Shown: piece after piece, positions 27,026 through 35,483 of the stretch
How the letters are laid out: each line of letters starts with the position of its first letter
Numbering within the stretch: position 1 is the stretch's first letter
Assembly: GCA_016180955.1 (NCBI GenBank)
Contig: JACPAD010000001.1
Location: 8,527 to 72,526, forward strand
Direction of reading: 5' to 3'
DNA length: 64,000 nt
From: Candidatus Zambryskiibacteriota bacterium
GTDB lineage: Bacteria > Patescibacteriota > Minisyncoccia > Phycocordibacterales > Zambryskibacteraceae
The notes under the pieces: model-generated
The model's database searches: none
What the model was told of the DNA's origin: nothing
Seen by the model: the letters and a program-made list of their open reading frames with translations, nothing else
Translations under genes and position numbers: made by a program

Positions 27026-27463
27026 TTACTTAATACTATCTATCTGGACTTCAAAGTAGGGTTGGCGGTGGCCGTATTTTTTGAAATAGCGGGACTTCTG
27101 TTTGTATTTGATAACGTCGATAGTTTTGTATCGAGCGATTTTATTTAAAGTGGCATTAACTACTGCGCCAGTGATAAAAGGAGTGCCTATGGTGGCCTCG
27201 CTTGCTCCGTCGTCTACCAGAAGCACTTTGTCGAAAACAAGTTTGTCTCCCTCCTTGTGTTCGCCAGTGATTTTTTCGATTTTAACCTTATCCCCCACTC
27301 TCACTCGGTACTGCTTGCCTCCGGTGGCAAAAACGGCGTAAAGACTTCTGTCCAAAACTCGGCTTTGGACAGATTTGGAGGCTAACTTAGGAACCGCGGC
27401 TTTACGGACTACAGGCGCCTTTCCGGTGGGCTTTTTAACAGACGTTGCTTCTGCCATAGGCAC
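27026..27463 (-). CDS. rplU: 50S ribosomal protein L21 with N-terminal extension
   Basis: YAVFATGGKQYRV, KYGHRQPY. Confidence 0.94.
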   Translation of the reverse strand: MPMAEATSVKKPTGKAPVVRKAAVPKLASKSVQSRVLDRSLYAVFATGGKQYRVRVGDKVKIEKITGEHKEGDKLVFDKVLLVDDGASEATIGTPFITGAVVNATLNKIARYKTIDVIKYKQKSRYFKKYGHRQPYFEVQIDSIK

Positions 27464-27464
27464 A

Positions 27465-28511
27465 CTATTCTACCGAAGGTCGCTCCAATGTCAATGGTTC
27501 AAGTCCCGCTCCGGTGCCGGTGATGCGTAGGACGTCCTTGTCCACCTTGCCTAGCTCCTTGTAGCCTGTATTGTAGTGATTGACCGTTGTCGAGAGAGCG
27601 TTGCCGAGCTTGCCGTAGTATTCCTCATAGCTCTTGAGATGTCGGCCGAGCTCTTCCACTCTCTTGATAATCTCTACCGCCTTCTCTTCGATATGGAGCG
27701 CGTTAAGACCTTGTAGTACGGTCTGGAGATAAGCGAGGAAGGAAGTTGGTGAGACTATCAAAACATGATGTTTGGAAGCGGCGCGCTGGATGAGCGTTTC
27801 CGAATCTTCTTTGAGCGCGCCGATTTTATTGACGATGAGGTCATAGTAAATCGCTTCGTGGGGTATGAACATGAAGGCGAAATCCATGGTGCCCTGCGAC
27901 GGCTGGATATATTTAGAAGTCTCGGTAATGCGGTTCTTGAGGTCAGTGACGAATGCTTTCTCAAGTTTCTCTCGCTCTACCTCGTTTTTCTCTTCGACAA
28001 TGCGGTTATAATTTTCCAAAGAAAACTTGGAGTCGATGGGAATGATTTTATCTTTGACAAAGACAGCCGCGTCAACGATGGTGCCGTCCGAGAAAGCGTA
28101 CTGCATTTGGTAACTGCCCGGGGGCAAAACATTTTTTAAGAGAGTCTCAAGATAATATTCGCCGAGCACTCCACGCTGTTTGGGATTTTTGAGTATATCT
28201 TGGAGTGACTGCAGTTGGTCAGCGAAGGAGACCACTTGTTTATTGGTCTCGTCGAGTTTGGTAAGGCCTTGCGTAACTTCGCGAATAAGTTTGGCCGACT
28301 CGCCGAATTGTGCTCGCACCGATTCGTTCATCATTTTATTGGTCTCGGCCATCTTCTGATCCACGGTGCGGGAGAATTCGTGGAGCTGGGTGAGAAGTAG
28401 TTTCATTCCTTCTCCCCCGTCTTGCTTCTGACTGCCGAACTTCTTGGCGAAGAAAAAGAGGGCTACTAAATTAACTGCAATGATAAGTATCAGTAAGGTA
28501 GTTAAAGTCAT
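27465..28511 (-). CDS. rmuC: DNA recombination protein RmuC
   Basis: KQRGVLGEYYLE, PIDSKF, TMDFAFMFIP, SPTS. Confidence 0.92.
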   Translation of the reverse strand: MTLTTLLILIIAVNLVALFFFAKKFGSQKQDGGEGMKLLLTQLHEFSRTVDQKMAETNKMMNESVRAQFGESAKLIREVTQGLTKLDETNKQVVSFADQLQSLQDILKNPKQRGVLGEYYLETLLKNVLPPGSYQMQYAFSDGTIVDAAVFVKDKIIPIDSKFSLENYNRIVEEKNEVEREKLEKAFVTDLKNRITETSKYIQPSQGTMDFAFMFIPHEAIYYDLIVNKIGALKEDSETLIQRAASKHHVLIVSPTSFLAYLQTVLQGLNALHIEEKAVEIIKRVEELGRHLKSYEEYYGKLGNALSTTVNHYNTGYKELGKVDKDVLRITGTGAGLEPLTLERPSVE

Positions 28512-28585
28512 TTATAGTTCTTTATTTCTCTAATAAATACAATTCCAAGACCCAAGGCTATAATTAGCCCTACAATATTATCCAT
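28508..28585 (-). CDS. Putative 25-aa membrane peptide coupled to rmuC
   Basis: MDNIVGLIIALGLGIVFIREIKNYK; ATGA overlap with rmuC start. Confidence 0.4.
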   Translation of the reverse strand: MDNIVGLIIALGLGIVFIREIKNYK

Positions 28586-28605
28586 TTGTTATTTTTATAA
28601 TGATT

Positions 28606-28723
28606 AAGTCCCCACCCTATCTCAAGGAAGGTTGGCTTAAAACTCAGATTGAAGGATTACCACTCTCATGAATGCCCTCGTTCTTCTAGTTGTGTCGGCC
28701 AAGCATTTTTAACAATGAGACTT
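28606..28723 (-). ncRNA. Candidate rod-shaped ncRNA (6S-like?)
   Basis: Promoter TTGCAA-17-(TG)TATATT; ends pair (AAGUCUC/GGGACUU); nested stems UUGGC/GCCAA, AACU/AGUU, GAGGG/CCUUC, CAUUC/GAGUG. Confidence 0.55.
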
Positions 28724-28762
28724 AGGTAAATATAGCACCATAGCTTTCCTTTTGCAAGAAGT

Positions 28763-28792
28763 TTGACAGAATTAAACAGCTTTTGCTATACT
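28763..28792 (+). promoter_or_regulatory. Consensus sigma70 promoter facing hairpin and NYN 3' end
   Basis: TTGACA-18-(TG)TATACT. Confidence 0.65.
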
Positions 28793-28806
28793 GACAAGGT
28801 CAAACC

Positions 28807-28834
28807 TCTCCCCGCTTCGGCGGGGGGATTTATT
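28807..28834. terminator. UUCG-tetraloop hairpin at NYN 3' end
   Basis: TCTCCCCGC-TTCG-GCGGGGGGA then TTTATTTT. Confidence 0.75.
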
Positions 28835-29347
28835 TTATTTAAGATAGACAATTTGGTCCCTAAGTTTCTTGAGATTTATATATTTTGCCCGGTCTAGAAG
28901 TTCTTTGGCAATATGCCCTTTAGTAGACATGACGATAACTCTTTTATGGTTTTCTTTTACTTTTTCTAAGAGTGGTGCGAAGTCACTATCTCCAGACATT
29001 AGTACAAAGGTGTCGAAATTATTTAGATTGGCGAGAACATCAATAGTCAGTTCAACATCAAGATTTCCTTTCCATTCGTATGCGTTTTGAGATATTTGAA
29101 TGCGCTTTACTTCTTTCGCTTTGACTACATATCCAAGCTCCTTCAGTTTTTCAATGAAGGCATTTTGTTTATAGTTGCTACCAACTCGTCCCGTATAAAA
29201 ATAAATACCTTTTAAGTCACACTCGTTTTCAAAGTACCCTTTGAGTTTTTTGTAATCCACGCGCCATTGCAATTTTTGCTGTGAATAAAGAATATTTGCG
29301 GCATCCACAAATACATACACCCTACCATTTACAAATTGACCAATCAT
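28835..29347 (-). CDS. NYN domain protein (LabA/DUF88, PIN-like RNase)
   Basis: VFVDAAN, KGNLDVEL..D, LMSGDSDF. Confidence 0.92.
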   Translation of the reverse strand: MIGQFVNGRVYVFVDAANILYSQQKLQWRVDYKKLKGYFENECDLKGIYFYTGRVGSNYKQNAFIEKLKELGYVVKAKEVKRIQISQNAYEWKGNLDVELTIDVLANLNNFDTFVLMSGDSDFAPLLEKVKENHKRVIVMSTKGHIAKELLDRAKYINLKKLRDQIVYLK

Positions 29348-29382
29348 TCGATAATAGTTATTTACTGTATTATAATCGAGAT

Positions 29383-29838
29383 ATGTCCATACACCAAGAT
29401 ATAAAGAGCCGGCTTACGGAAGCGATGAGGGCGCGCGATACGGTACGACTCAATGTCATCCGCGGGCTTCTGTCGGCCTTTACTAACGAAGCGGTAGCGA
29501 AGAGGCGTAAACCAGACGAACAGTTATCCGATGACGAGGCAATGGTAGTCATCACTCGCGCGGCCAAACAGAGAAAGGATAGTATCGAGCAGTTTGAGAA
29601 GGGCGGAAGACAGGAACTTGCCGATGTCGAGAAGCAAGAACTCGCCATCCTCGAGACTTATCTCCCCGCGCAAATGTCTCGCGATGAAATATTTGAATAT
29701 GTGAAGGTCAAGCAGGCGCAACTTAGCATGTTCGATCCTACTAAAAAGAATCAGTTTATGGGGATGGTTATGAAGGAGTTGAATGGCAAAGCAGATGGTA
29801 CAATAGTGAAAGAAGCAGTCGATTCTCTCTTCGCTTGA
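29383..29838 (+). CDS. GatB/YqeY domain protein
   Basis: AMRARD, KQRKDSIEQFEKGGR, YLP, MGMVMKEL.GKADG. Confidence 0.92.
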   Translation: MSIHQDIKSRLTEAMRARDTVRLNVIRGLLSAFTNEAVAKRRKPDEQLSDDEAMVVITRAAKQRKDSIEQFEKGGRQELADVEKQELAILETYLPAQMSRDEIFEYVKVKQAQLSMFDPTKKNQFMGMVMKELNGKADGTIVKEAVDSLFA

Positions 29839-29863
29839 CACATACTGGACTGCGTGTTAGGAT
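29835..29863 (+). promoter_or_regulatory. Sigma70 promoter of orphan gene; -35 contains yqeY stop codon
   Basis: TTGACA-17-TAGGAT. Confidence 0.6.
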
Positions 29864-29905
29864 GTAATTAGGACCCAACAGGCAACTCGTTTCGTAGGAG
29901 CGTGT

Positions 29906-30130
29906 ATGAAAACACTTGGACGAAGAGCGCGCCGCCACGACAACGGAATGAATGGTCGTGGGAAGAAGCCGACTTGTCGGCGTCGGAGTCGGCAGAGTGG
30001 CAGGAAGCCGCTTGGGCCGCCGATTGGTGGCGTAGTGAACGGAGGGGCCATTCCCTTCCACCAGCTTCCGGCGCATCTTCAGGCCGCACAGATAGCGGTG
30101 CGTCGTCGCTACAATCCCAGCGACGACTAG
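29906..30130 (+). CDS. Small basic orphan protein
   Basis: SD AGGAG, own promoter and terminator; Arg/Gly-rich 74 aa. Confidence 0.55.
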   Translation: MKTLGRRARRHDNGMNGRGKKPTCRRRSRQSGRKPLGPPIGGVVNGGAIPFHQLPAHLQAAQIAVRRRYNPSDD

Positions 30131-30137
30131 CTTTTCG

Positions 30138-30161
30138 AGGGCGGACCTGTAGGTCCGCCCT
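30138..30161. terminator. Hairpin after orphan gene
   Basis: AGGGCGGACCT-GT-AGGTCCGCCCT; same outer stem at 53061. Confidence 0.75.
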
Positions 30162-30164
30162 TCC

Positions 30165-30419
30165 TTAATTTAAATACCCTTCTTTCTTTAAAATTTTTAT
30201 TTTCGCTCTACTACCGCCGCGATTATAATCTCCCACTCTGCCGTCCGACCTAATCACTCTGTGGCATGGTACTTTCGGATCTGTATTTTTACTCAAAATA
30301 TTTCCTACTGCCCTGTAAGCCTTCGGCTTCCCTACTCTCTCCGCTACTTGCTTGTAAGTAAGCACTTTTCCTTTCGGAATCTTTCTCACCACTTCGCAGA
30401 CTCGCTCTTGGAAATCCAT
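30165..30419 (-). CDS. MGMT family (O6-alkylguanine alkyltransferase C-terminal domain)
   Basis: IPKGKVLTY, RAVG, VPCHRV. Confidence 0.9.
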   Translation of the reverse strand: MDFQERVCEVVRKIPKGKVLTYKQVAERVGKPKAYRAVGNILSKNTDPKVPCHRVIRSDGRVGDYNRGGSRAKIKILKKEGYLN

Positions 30420-30841
30420 CAGTTCGAGTAGCGCAGGACTATTTTGTCTCCGTCTCGCATTATGTAGTTTCCAAACTCGGTATTCTCTGCTCCATTTACG
30501 ATCATGGTAACATTCGAGCCGAGCTCGTAGAAATCTTTGCCCCAGACTTCAAACCATTTACTAAGCTTTATATCGTCTTCCCGCACCAGCCCGCCAAATT
30601 CCAGATGAAGAAGCGGTAGATCTTCGTGGGTATGAATTGGACTGTGCGGAGTCCTTTCTATGCCCTTATTTTTGGACAACTCAATCTTTTCCTCGTTTAC
30701 GTAAATTTCAAGCTCCGGATGCCAGTGGATGCCGCTTCTAGAAATAATAGTGCTATCGTCTTTCTGCAATGATCTTGAGAGCAAAACGCTTCCGATAAGA
30801 AGCGCAACAACTACTCCAACTATGGCCAAGAAGGTCTTCAT
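30419..30841 (-). CDS. Membrane-anchored His-rich hypothetical protein
   Basis: TM helix, HWHPEL, PIHTHED; downstream of Cu ATPase. Confidence 0.7.
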   Translation of the reverse strand: MKTFLAIVGVVVALLIGSVLLSRSLQKDDSTIISRSGIHWHPELEIYVNEEKIELSKNKGIERTPHSPIHTHEDLPLLHLEFGGLVREDDIKLSKWFEVWGKDFYELGSNVTMIVNGAENTEFGNYIMRDGDKIVLRYSN

Positions 30842-30861
30842 GAAATTTGGATGATGGCGGC

Positions 30862-30993
30862 TTAGTTTTTCTTAATCTGCTTCCAGAGCCAGACACCGAC
30901 AAGAATCAGGTCGATGAATAGCACGAGCCATGTAAGAAATCCAAAGCCAAGTGCCCCACCCATCATTCCCCAATTATATCCATATCCCATCAT
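30862..30993 (-). CDS. 43-aa Met/Gly-rich membrane peptide (not in ORF track)
   Basis: MMGYGYNWGMMGGALGFGFLTWLVLFIDLILVGVWLWKQIKKN. Confidence 0.65.
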   Translation of the reverse strand: MMGYGYNWGMMGGALGFGFLTWLVLFIDLILVGVWLWKQIKKN

Positions 30994-31008
30994 GACTAAA
31001 GTATAACA

Positions 31009-32898
31009 TTATAAGTTTATTCGGCGCAAAAGCAGGGCGTTAATAGCAACAATGATCGTACTTGCTGACATAAACCCCGCCGCCAAGGCCGGTTCAAGAA
31101 TAATTCCTTTGGAGACAAGTACTCCGGCCGCCAGAGGCAGGGCGGCCACGTTGTAGCCGGTAGCCCAGAAAAGGTTCTGAATCATCTTTGAGTATGTCAT
31201 CTGGGAAAGCCTGATAATCTTTACGATATCCCGAGGATCGTTCCTAACAAGGATAATACCTGCTGATTCAATAGCAACGTTCGTGCCGGCACCAATAGCG
31301 ATACCGAGATCGGCTTGAGTGATGGCCGGTGCGTCATTAATACCGTCACCAACCATCGCGACCCTTAGATTACGCTTCTGAAGCTCCTTAACTTTTTCAG
31401 ACTTTCGATGAGGCAGTACCCGAGCAAAGTATTCGTCAATGCCAAGCTCGCGGGCAACCGATTCTGCTACCTCTTCCGAATCGCCGGTAATCATAGCCGA
31501 TTTAATGCCCATCTTCTTGATTTGCTTCAAGGCCTCTTTTGCTTCTGGTCTTATCTTGTCAGCGGCTTGAATGACGCCGATTTGTTTATCATCGACTTCA
31601 ACAACGATATCAGACGCACCACGCTGGCCGACAAAAACTTTTTTGCCTTCCACTTCCGCTTGGGCACCGATACCGGCAATGCGCTTGAAGTTTTTTGACT
31701 CTTTTAGTTCCAGATTTCTTTTCTTCGCTTCGTCGACAATGCCTTTGGCGATGGGATGTTCAGAATGAATGTCAACAGAGGCGGCTAGAATCAAGGCTTC
31801 ATCAGACGAGTAAGAAGTAACCCCAAAGACGCCTTCCGTGAGTGTTCCTGTTTTATCGAAGAGCACAGTATCGATAGTTCGCGCCACTTCCAAGGCAAGC
31901 CTTTGTTTTACGAGGAACCCATTCTGTGCCGCTTTGGTCGTGGAGATTGAAGCCACAAGTGGCACGGCAAGACCAAGTGCGTGCGGACAGGCGATGACCA
32001 GTACCGCCACCAGCCGAGCAACCGCGAAGCCGACATCGGCGCCGACCGCAAGCCATAGGACAAGGGTAGTAATGCCCCCGCCGACAGCCACGACGGTCAA
32101 ATAGAGAGCCGCTCTGTCAGAAAGAATTTGGAGTCGAGATTTGCTGGCTGCGGCCTCGGCCACCAGACGCATGACGCCGGCCAGGAATGTTTTCTCGCCA
32201 ATATTCGATACCCTAATCTTTAGCGCTCCATCTCCGTTGATTGTTCCGGCGATAACAGAGTCGTCTTCTTTTTTAGAAACCGGCTTTGATTCTCCGGTTA
32301 CCATAGATTCGTTTACATCGGATTCTCCATCAATAACCGTGCCATCCGCTGGAATCTTTGTCCCCGGCTTAACTAATACTATGTCATTCTTCCGAAGTTC
32401 AGAAAGAGGAATGATTTCTGTTTTGCTTGCCCCGAGCGCGGTCGAGGGGTTGCCGCGAATTACTTCAGCAGTGTCCGGAAGCAGTTTAGACAACTCTTTG
32501 AGTGCACCCTGGGCGCCGCTAACCGCTCGCATTTCAAGCCAGTGGCCGAGAAGCATTATAGTAATGAGCGTTGTAAGTTCCCAGAAAAGCGGTTCCTCTC
32601 CTGCAAATACCGCATATACGCTCCATAGATATGCGGAGCAAATAGCGAGGCCAATGAGAGTCATCATGCCGGGCAAACCGGCCTTAAGTTCGCGCCATGC
32701 TCCTAGAAGGAAGATCCAGCCACCGTAGAAAAATACGAACGAGCTAAGTATTAAAGGCAAATAATCTGAATCTTTGTAAAGTATCACTGGAATCGTAAGA
32801 ATCAGACTTACTAAAAATTTTCTCAAAAAATCTTCAGTATGGTGTCCCGCGTGCTTGTTTGCACTGAGCGCAGTCGAAGTGTTGTGATTATGCTCCAT
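31009..32898 (-). CDS. copB: Copper-translocating P1B-type ATPase (CPH motif, CopB type)
   Basis: TGES, CPH, DKTGT, EHP, GDGIND, YN, MSAS; true start MEHNHN because the longer ORF overlaps the tRNA. Confidence 0.9.
   Translation of the reverse strand: MEHNHNTSTALSANKHAGHHTEDFLRKFLVSLILTIPVILYKDSDYLPLILSSFVFFYGGWIFLLGAWRELKAGLPGMMTLIGLAICSAYLWSVYAVFAGEEPLFWELTTLITIMLLGHWLEMRAVSGAQGALKELSKLLPDTAEVIRGNPSTALGASKTEIIPLSELRKNDIVLVKPGTKIPADGTVIDGESDVNESMVTGESKPVSKKEDDSVIAGTINGDGALKIRVSNIGEKTFLAGVMRLVAEAAASKSRLQILSDRAALYLTVVAVGGGITTLVLWLAVGADVGFAVARLVAVLVIACPHALGLAVPLVASISTTKAAQNGFLVKQRLALEVARTIDTVLFDKTGTLTEGVFGVTSYSSDEALILAASVDIHSEHPIAKGIVDEAKKRNLELKESKNFKRIAGIGAQAEVEGKKVFVGQRGASDIVVEVDDKQIGVIQAADKIRPEAKEALKQIKKMGIKSAMITGDSEEVAESVARELGIDEYFARVLPHRKSEKVKELQKRNLRVAMVGDGINDAPAITQADLGIAIGAGTNVAIESAGIILVRNDPRDIVKIIRLSQMTYSKMIQNLFWATGYNVAALPLAAGVLVSKGIILEPALAAGFMSASTIIVAINALLLRRINL
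32426..32450 (-). repeat. TCGAY..CTC hairpin element in frame in copB (NPSTALGAS)
   Basis: ACCCC-TCGACCGCGCTC-GGGG-CAAG. Confidence 0.8.
32858..32881 (-). repeat. TCGAY..CTC hairpin element in frame in copB N-terminus (TSTALSAN)
   Basis: CACT-TCGACTGCGCTC-AGTG-CAAA. Confidence 0.75.
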
Positions 32899-32903
32899 AT
32901 TTA

Positions 32904-32975
32904 TGACCTCACGGAGAATCGGACTCCGGTTCCGAGCTTGAGAAGCTCGTGTCCTAACCACTAGACGATGAGGCC
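32904..32975 (-). tRNA. tRNA-Glu(CTC)
   Basis: GGCCTCA acceptor pairs with TGAGGTC; anticodon arm CGAGC-TTCTCAA-GCTCG; T arm CGGAG-TCCGATT-CTCCG; no encoded CCA. Confidence 0.92.
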
Positions 32976-33206
32976 AACTAATTTTTCAATCGACTGTCTA
33001 CTTTTCCAGTTCTTAATCTGTTTTTCTCTTATTCTGGATTCTGAAAGTGTAGAGTATCTCTCTGTATGAATCAACTGCCACGGTCTTTCTGATTTTGTAC
33101 TTTTTACTCTGCCACTGTTGTGCTGATTCAGTCTTCTGGTCACGTTATCTGAAGCACCTATGTAATATCGGTTATTAACAGATTTTATAATATATACCCA
33201 ATGCAT
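32961..33206 (-). CDS. Stand-alone GIY-YIG nuclease (UPF0213/SLX1-like)
   Basis: WVYIIKS..NRYYIG..RRLNQHN...REKQIK; last 5 codons are the tRNA 5' end. Confidence 0.9.
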   Translation of the reverse strand: MHWVYIIKSVNNRYYIGASDNVTRRLNQHNSGRVKSTKSERPWQLIHTERYSTLSESRIREKQIKNWKSRQSIEKLVGLIV

Positions 33207-33214
33207 GTTTTATA

Positions 33215-33309
33215 TTGAAAAGTTTGTGTCTCCCGATTTTGATTCATCAAAATCGAGGATCCTCGATTTCTTAAAGAGAAATCGGGACTAACCACTAGAC
33301 GATGAGGCC
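33215..33309 (-). pseudogene. tRNA-Glu(TTC)-like 5' half interrupted by a 57-nt palindrome
   Basis: GGCCTCATCGTCTAGTGGTTAG + insert + GACACAAACTTTTCAA. Confidence 0.8.
33231..33287. repeat. Double-hairpin REP-like element
   Basis: TCCCGATTTTGATTCATCAAAATCGAGGA-TCCTCGATTTCTTAAAGAGAAATCGGGA. Confidence 0.85.
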
Positions 33310-33330
33310 AATAACGTACAAAACGATAAC

Positions 33331-35100
33331 CTAAAAATTATCTTTTTTCAACGTTAATGGCGCCGGAGGTGCTGATTGCCTATCCGGTGGGATGTCATAG
33401 TAATTAATTAAGAATTTAGTGATGTTGAAAAAGGAATCGGTCAAAGTTTCGGAGGCGAATTGCACTCCTTTCGGATTGTAAGTGAATAGGAAAATCAAGA
33501 ATTCCGGGTCATAGCTCGGGAAGTAGCCGAAGAAGGAGTGCAGGAAGAGGTCTTCGTAATACCCTCCCCCGCCAACACGGGCAATCTGGGCCGTGCCGGT
33601 CTTAGCCGCCACACTGTAATTCTCAAGCCTCATCTGCCCGAAACGCAGAGAGCGGTCCACCACCTCCGTAAGCATCCGGGAAAGCTCGGCCGATGACTCC
33701 TGGCTAATCACCCGTTTACGCCCCTCTTCCGCGGGGTATTGAATAGTTTTTCTACCTCCTATTTTGTACCTGACTTCTTTGGCCAGATGCGGAGTAATAA
33801 GCGTGCCTCCGTTTGCCAGAGCCGATAGGGCGCGAACGGTGGCCATAGGCGTTAATGCAATACCTTGGCCGAAAGAGGCCTGAGCCAGTTCAAGACTGCG
33901 ATTACTTTTGAGATTCGAGACTAAAGAGAGACCTTCGTTGGGAAGGTCTATGTCGGTCTTGTCGCCTAAACCGAAGGACATCATGTATTTACTGAATTTT
34001 TCGTTCCCCACTCTTACCGCCACGTAGGCCGCGCCGGTGTTTAAGGACTGGTTTAGCACCTCCTGCATGGTAACGGATACGCCATGACTTTTGCCATCGT
34101 AGTTACAGAAAGTTTTGGTATTGAGCGTCATACAACCGGGGTCATTGTAAGTAGTTTTAGCAGTAATGGCACCGGTATCAAGGCCGATGGCGAAGGTTAA
34201 GGCCTTGATAATCGAGCCCATCTCGTAACGGTCTTCTACTAAAATGTTTCTGAAGATATCCGAACTCTCCGCTTTCTGCGGAGAGTTCGGGTCGAAAGTC
34301 GGCTCCAGAGCCAAGGCAGCAATTTCGCCGGTTTTAGGATTGATAACGATGCCGCCGGAGAAATCGGAAGAATATTTTTCCGTTATTTTCTTCAGCACGC
34401 TTTCAAGGAAGGCCTCGACAGATGGCTCGATGGTGGTAACGATATCTCCCTCAATCGCCTCCCTGTCCTTGACTACCGATTTGACGTTGGAAAAAATCTC
34501 GGCAAAAAAGTTGACGAAGACGTCATCACTCTCTCTTTTGAGTGTTTCCTCGTAGTAGCGCTCCAGACCATAGCGACCGGCAAGCTCATCACCGGAATAG
34601 CCAATGAGTCCGACAGCATGTGCAGCCATACTCTCGCCGGGATAAATACGCCAGCGCTCACGCGTGACAGCTAGTCCAGGAATTTTCTGCGCCTGTATCT
34701 TATCAGCCAAATCTTTTTCAAGCCTGGTGGCGAGCTCCTCATAAGGGTCGTTGAGTTTACCCGCCTTAAGCATGAAAAGCTCTTTTTCCAACGGAACAAT
34801 GGCATTGATTTGCTTATAGATACTTTCGAGGTCGCCACGGTCTCGAAGAAGATTCGGATTAGCGCTTAAGAGAAAGCCAGTTTTAATGTTTGCCGCCGGC
34901 ACGAGAGCCCCGTCTTTGGTGGAAAAAAAGATCGAACCACGGTCGAAGTAGCTGACACCCGCAACGTACTGGTGTTCCGCGCGCGCTCGAAATTGTTCGC
35001 CGGAGATGATCTGGACAAAGTAGAGTTTGCTTATGAGCACAAAAGTAAAAAGAAGCAGAAGAAGTGTCAGCAAGCGCAATCTGTTCCCGGAAGCGGACAT
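33331..35100 (-). CDS. ftsI: Class B penicillin-binding protein (FtsI/PBP2 type)
   Basis: RGSI, GLERYYE, EMGSIIK, SLN, FGQG, KTGTAQ; in mraZ-rsmH operon. Confidence 0.9.
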   Translation of the reverse strand: MSASGNRLRLLTLLLLLFTFVLISKLYFVQIISGEQFRARAEHQYVAGVSYFDRGSIFFSTKDGALVPAANIKTGFLLSANPNLLRDRGDLESIYKQINAIVPLEKELFMLKAGKLNDPYEELATRLEKDLADKIQAQKIPGLAVTRERWRIYPGESMAAHAVGLIGYSGDELAGRYGLERYYEETLKRESDDVFVNFFAEIFSNVKSVVKDREAIEGDIVTTIEPSVEAFLESVLKKITEKYSSDFSGGIVINPKTGEIAALALEPTFDPNSPQKAESSDIFRNILVEDRYEMGSIIKALTFAIGLDTGAITAKTTYNDPGCMTLNTKTFCNYDGKSHGVSVTMQEVLNQSLNTGAAYVAVRVGNEKFSKYMMSFGLGDKTDIDLPNEGLSLVSNLKSNRSLELAQASFGQGIALTPMATVRALSALANGGTLITPHLAKEVRYKIGGRKTIQYPAEEGRKRVISQESSAELSRMLTEVVDRSLRFGQMRLENYSVAAKTGTAQIARVGGGGYYEDLFLHSFFGYFPSYDPEFLIFLFTYNPKGVQFASETLTDSFFNITKFLINYYDIPPDRQSAPPAPLTLKKDNF

Positions 35101-35117
35101 TTACGCTATTTTAGCGC

Positions 35118-35483
35118 TTACCTCACGGTATTTAAAGTAAGAGAAATATTGGGTGTACGAGAAACGAAGAGTGGCTCCCCCACTTCATGGAAGCCGAGTT
35201 CAATGGCTCGCTCCATGGTCACCGCGTTCCTTAAGGAAATAGAGGCGAATTCAAGCGTGCCAAGCTCAGCAGCAAGTCCGGCTACTTCCCTTTCCAAATT
35301 CTCTCGCACGGCAATGTGGTGGGCAGTAGCGTTTATAGCATAAGTGTAGAGTGCGAGTGAAAGAAGAGAAACTGAAATCAAAAACCAAAAAGCTCTCTCG
35401 CGGCTCTCGTATCCTGCCGATGCTAAAACTTCTCCGAAAGGTAGAGTCAGTTGATTATGATTTATCTTTATTCTCCTAGTCAT
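35118..35483 (-). CDS. FtsL-like bitopic coiled-coil protein
   Basis: Position between rsmH and ftsI; TM helix, coiled coil, ERAIELGF. Confidence 0.7.
   Translation of the reverse strand: MTRRIKINHNQLTLPFGEVLASAGYESRERAFWFLISVSLLSLALYTYAINATAHHIAVRENLEREVAGLAAELGTLEFASISLRNAVTMERAIELGFHEVGEPLFVSRTPNISLTLNTVR

Noticed and set aside
28508..28585. KdpF assignment for the 25-aa peptide
   Set aside because: Short superficial likeness only; no kdpABC genes and no PE(K/R)F-type C-terminus
32899..32961. N-terminal extension of the copper ATPase in the ORF track
   Set aside because: This sequence is tRNA-Glu; the real start is probably ATG 32898
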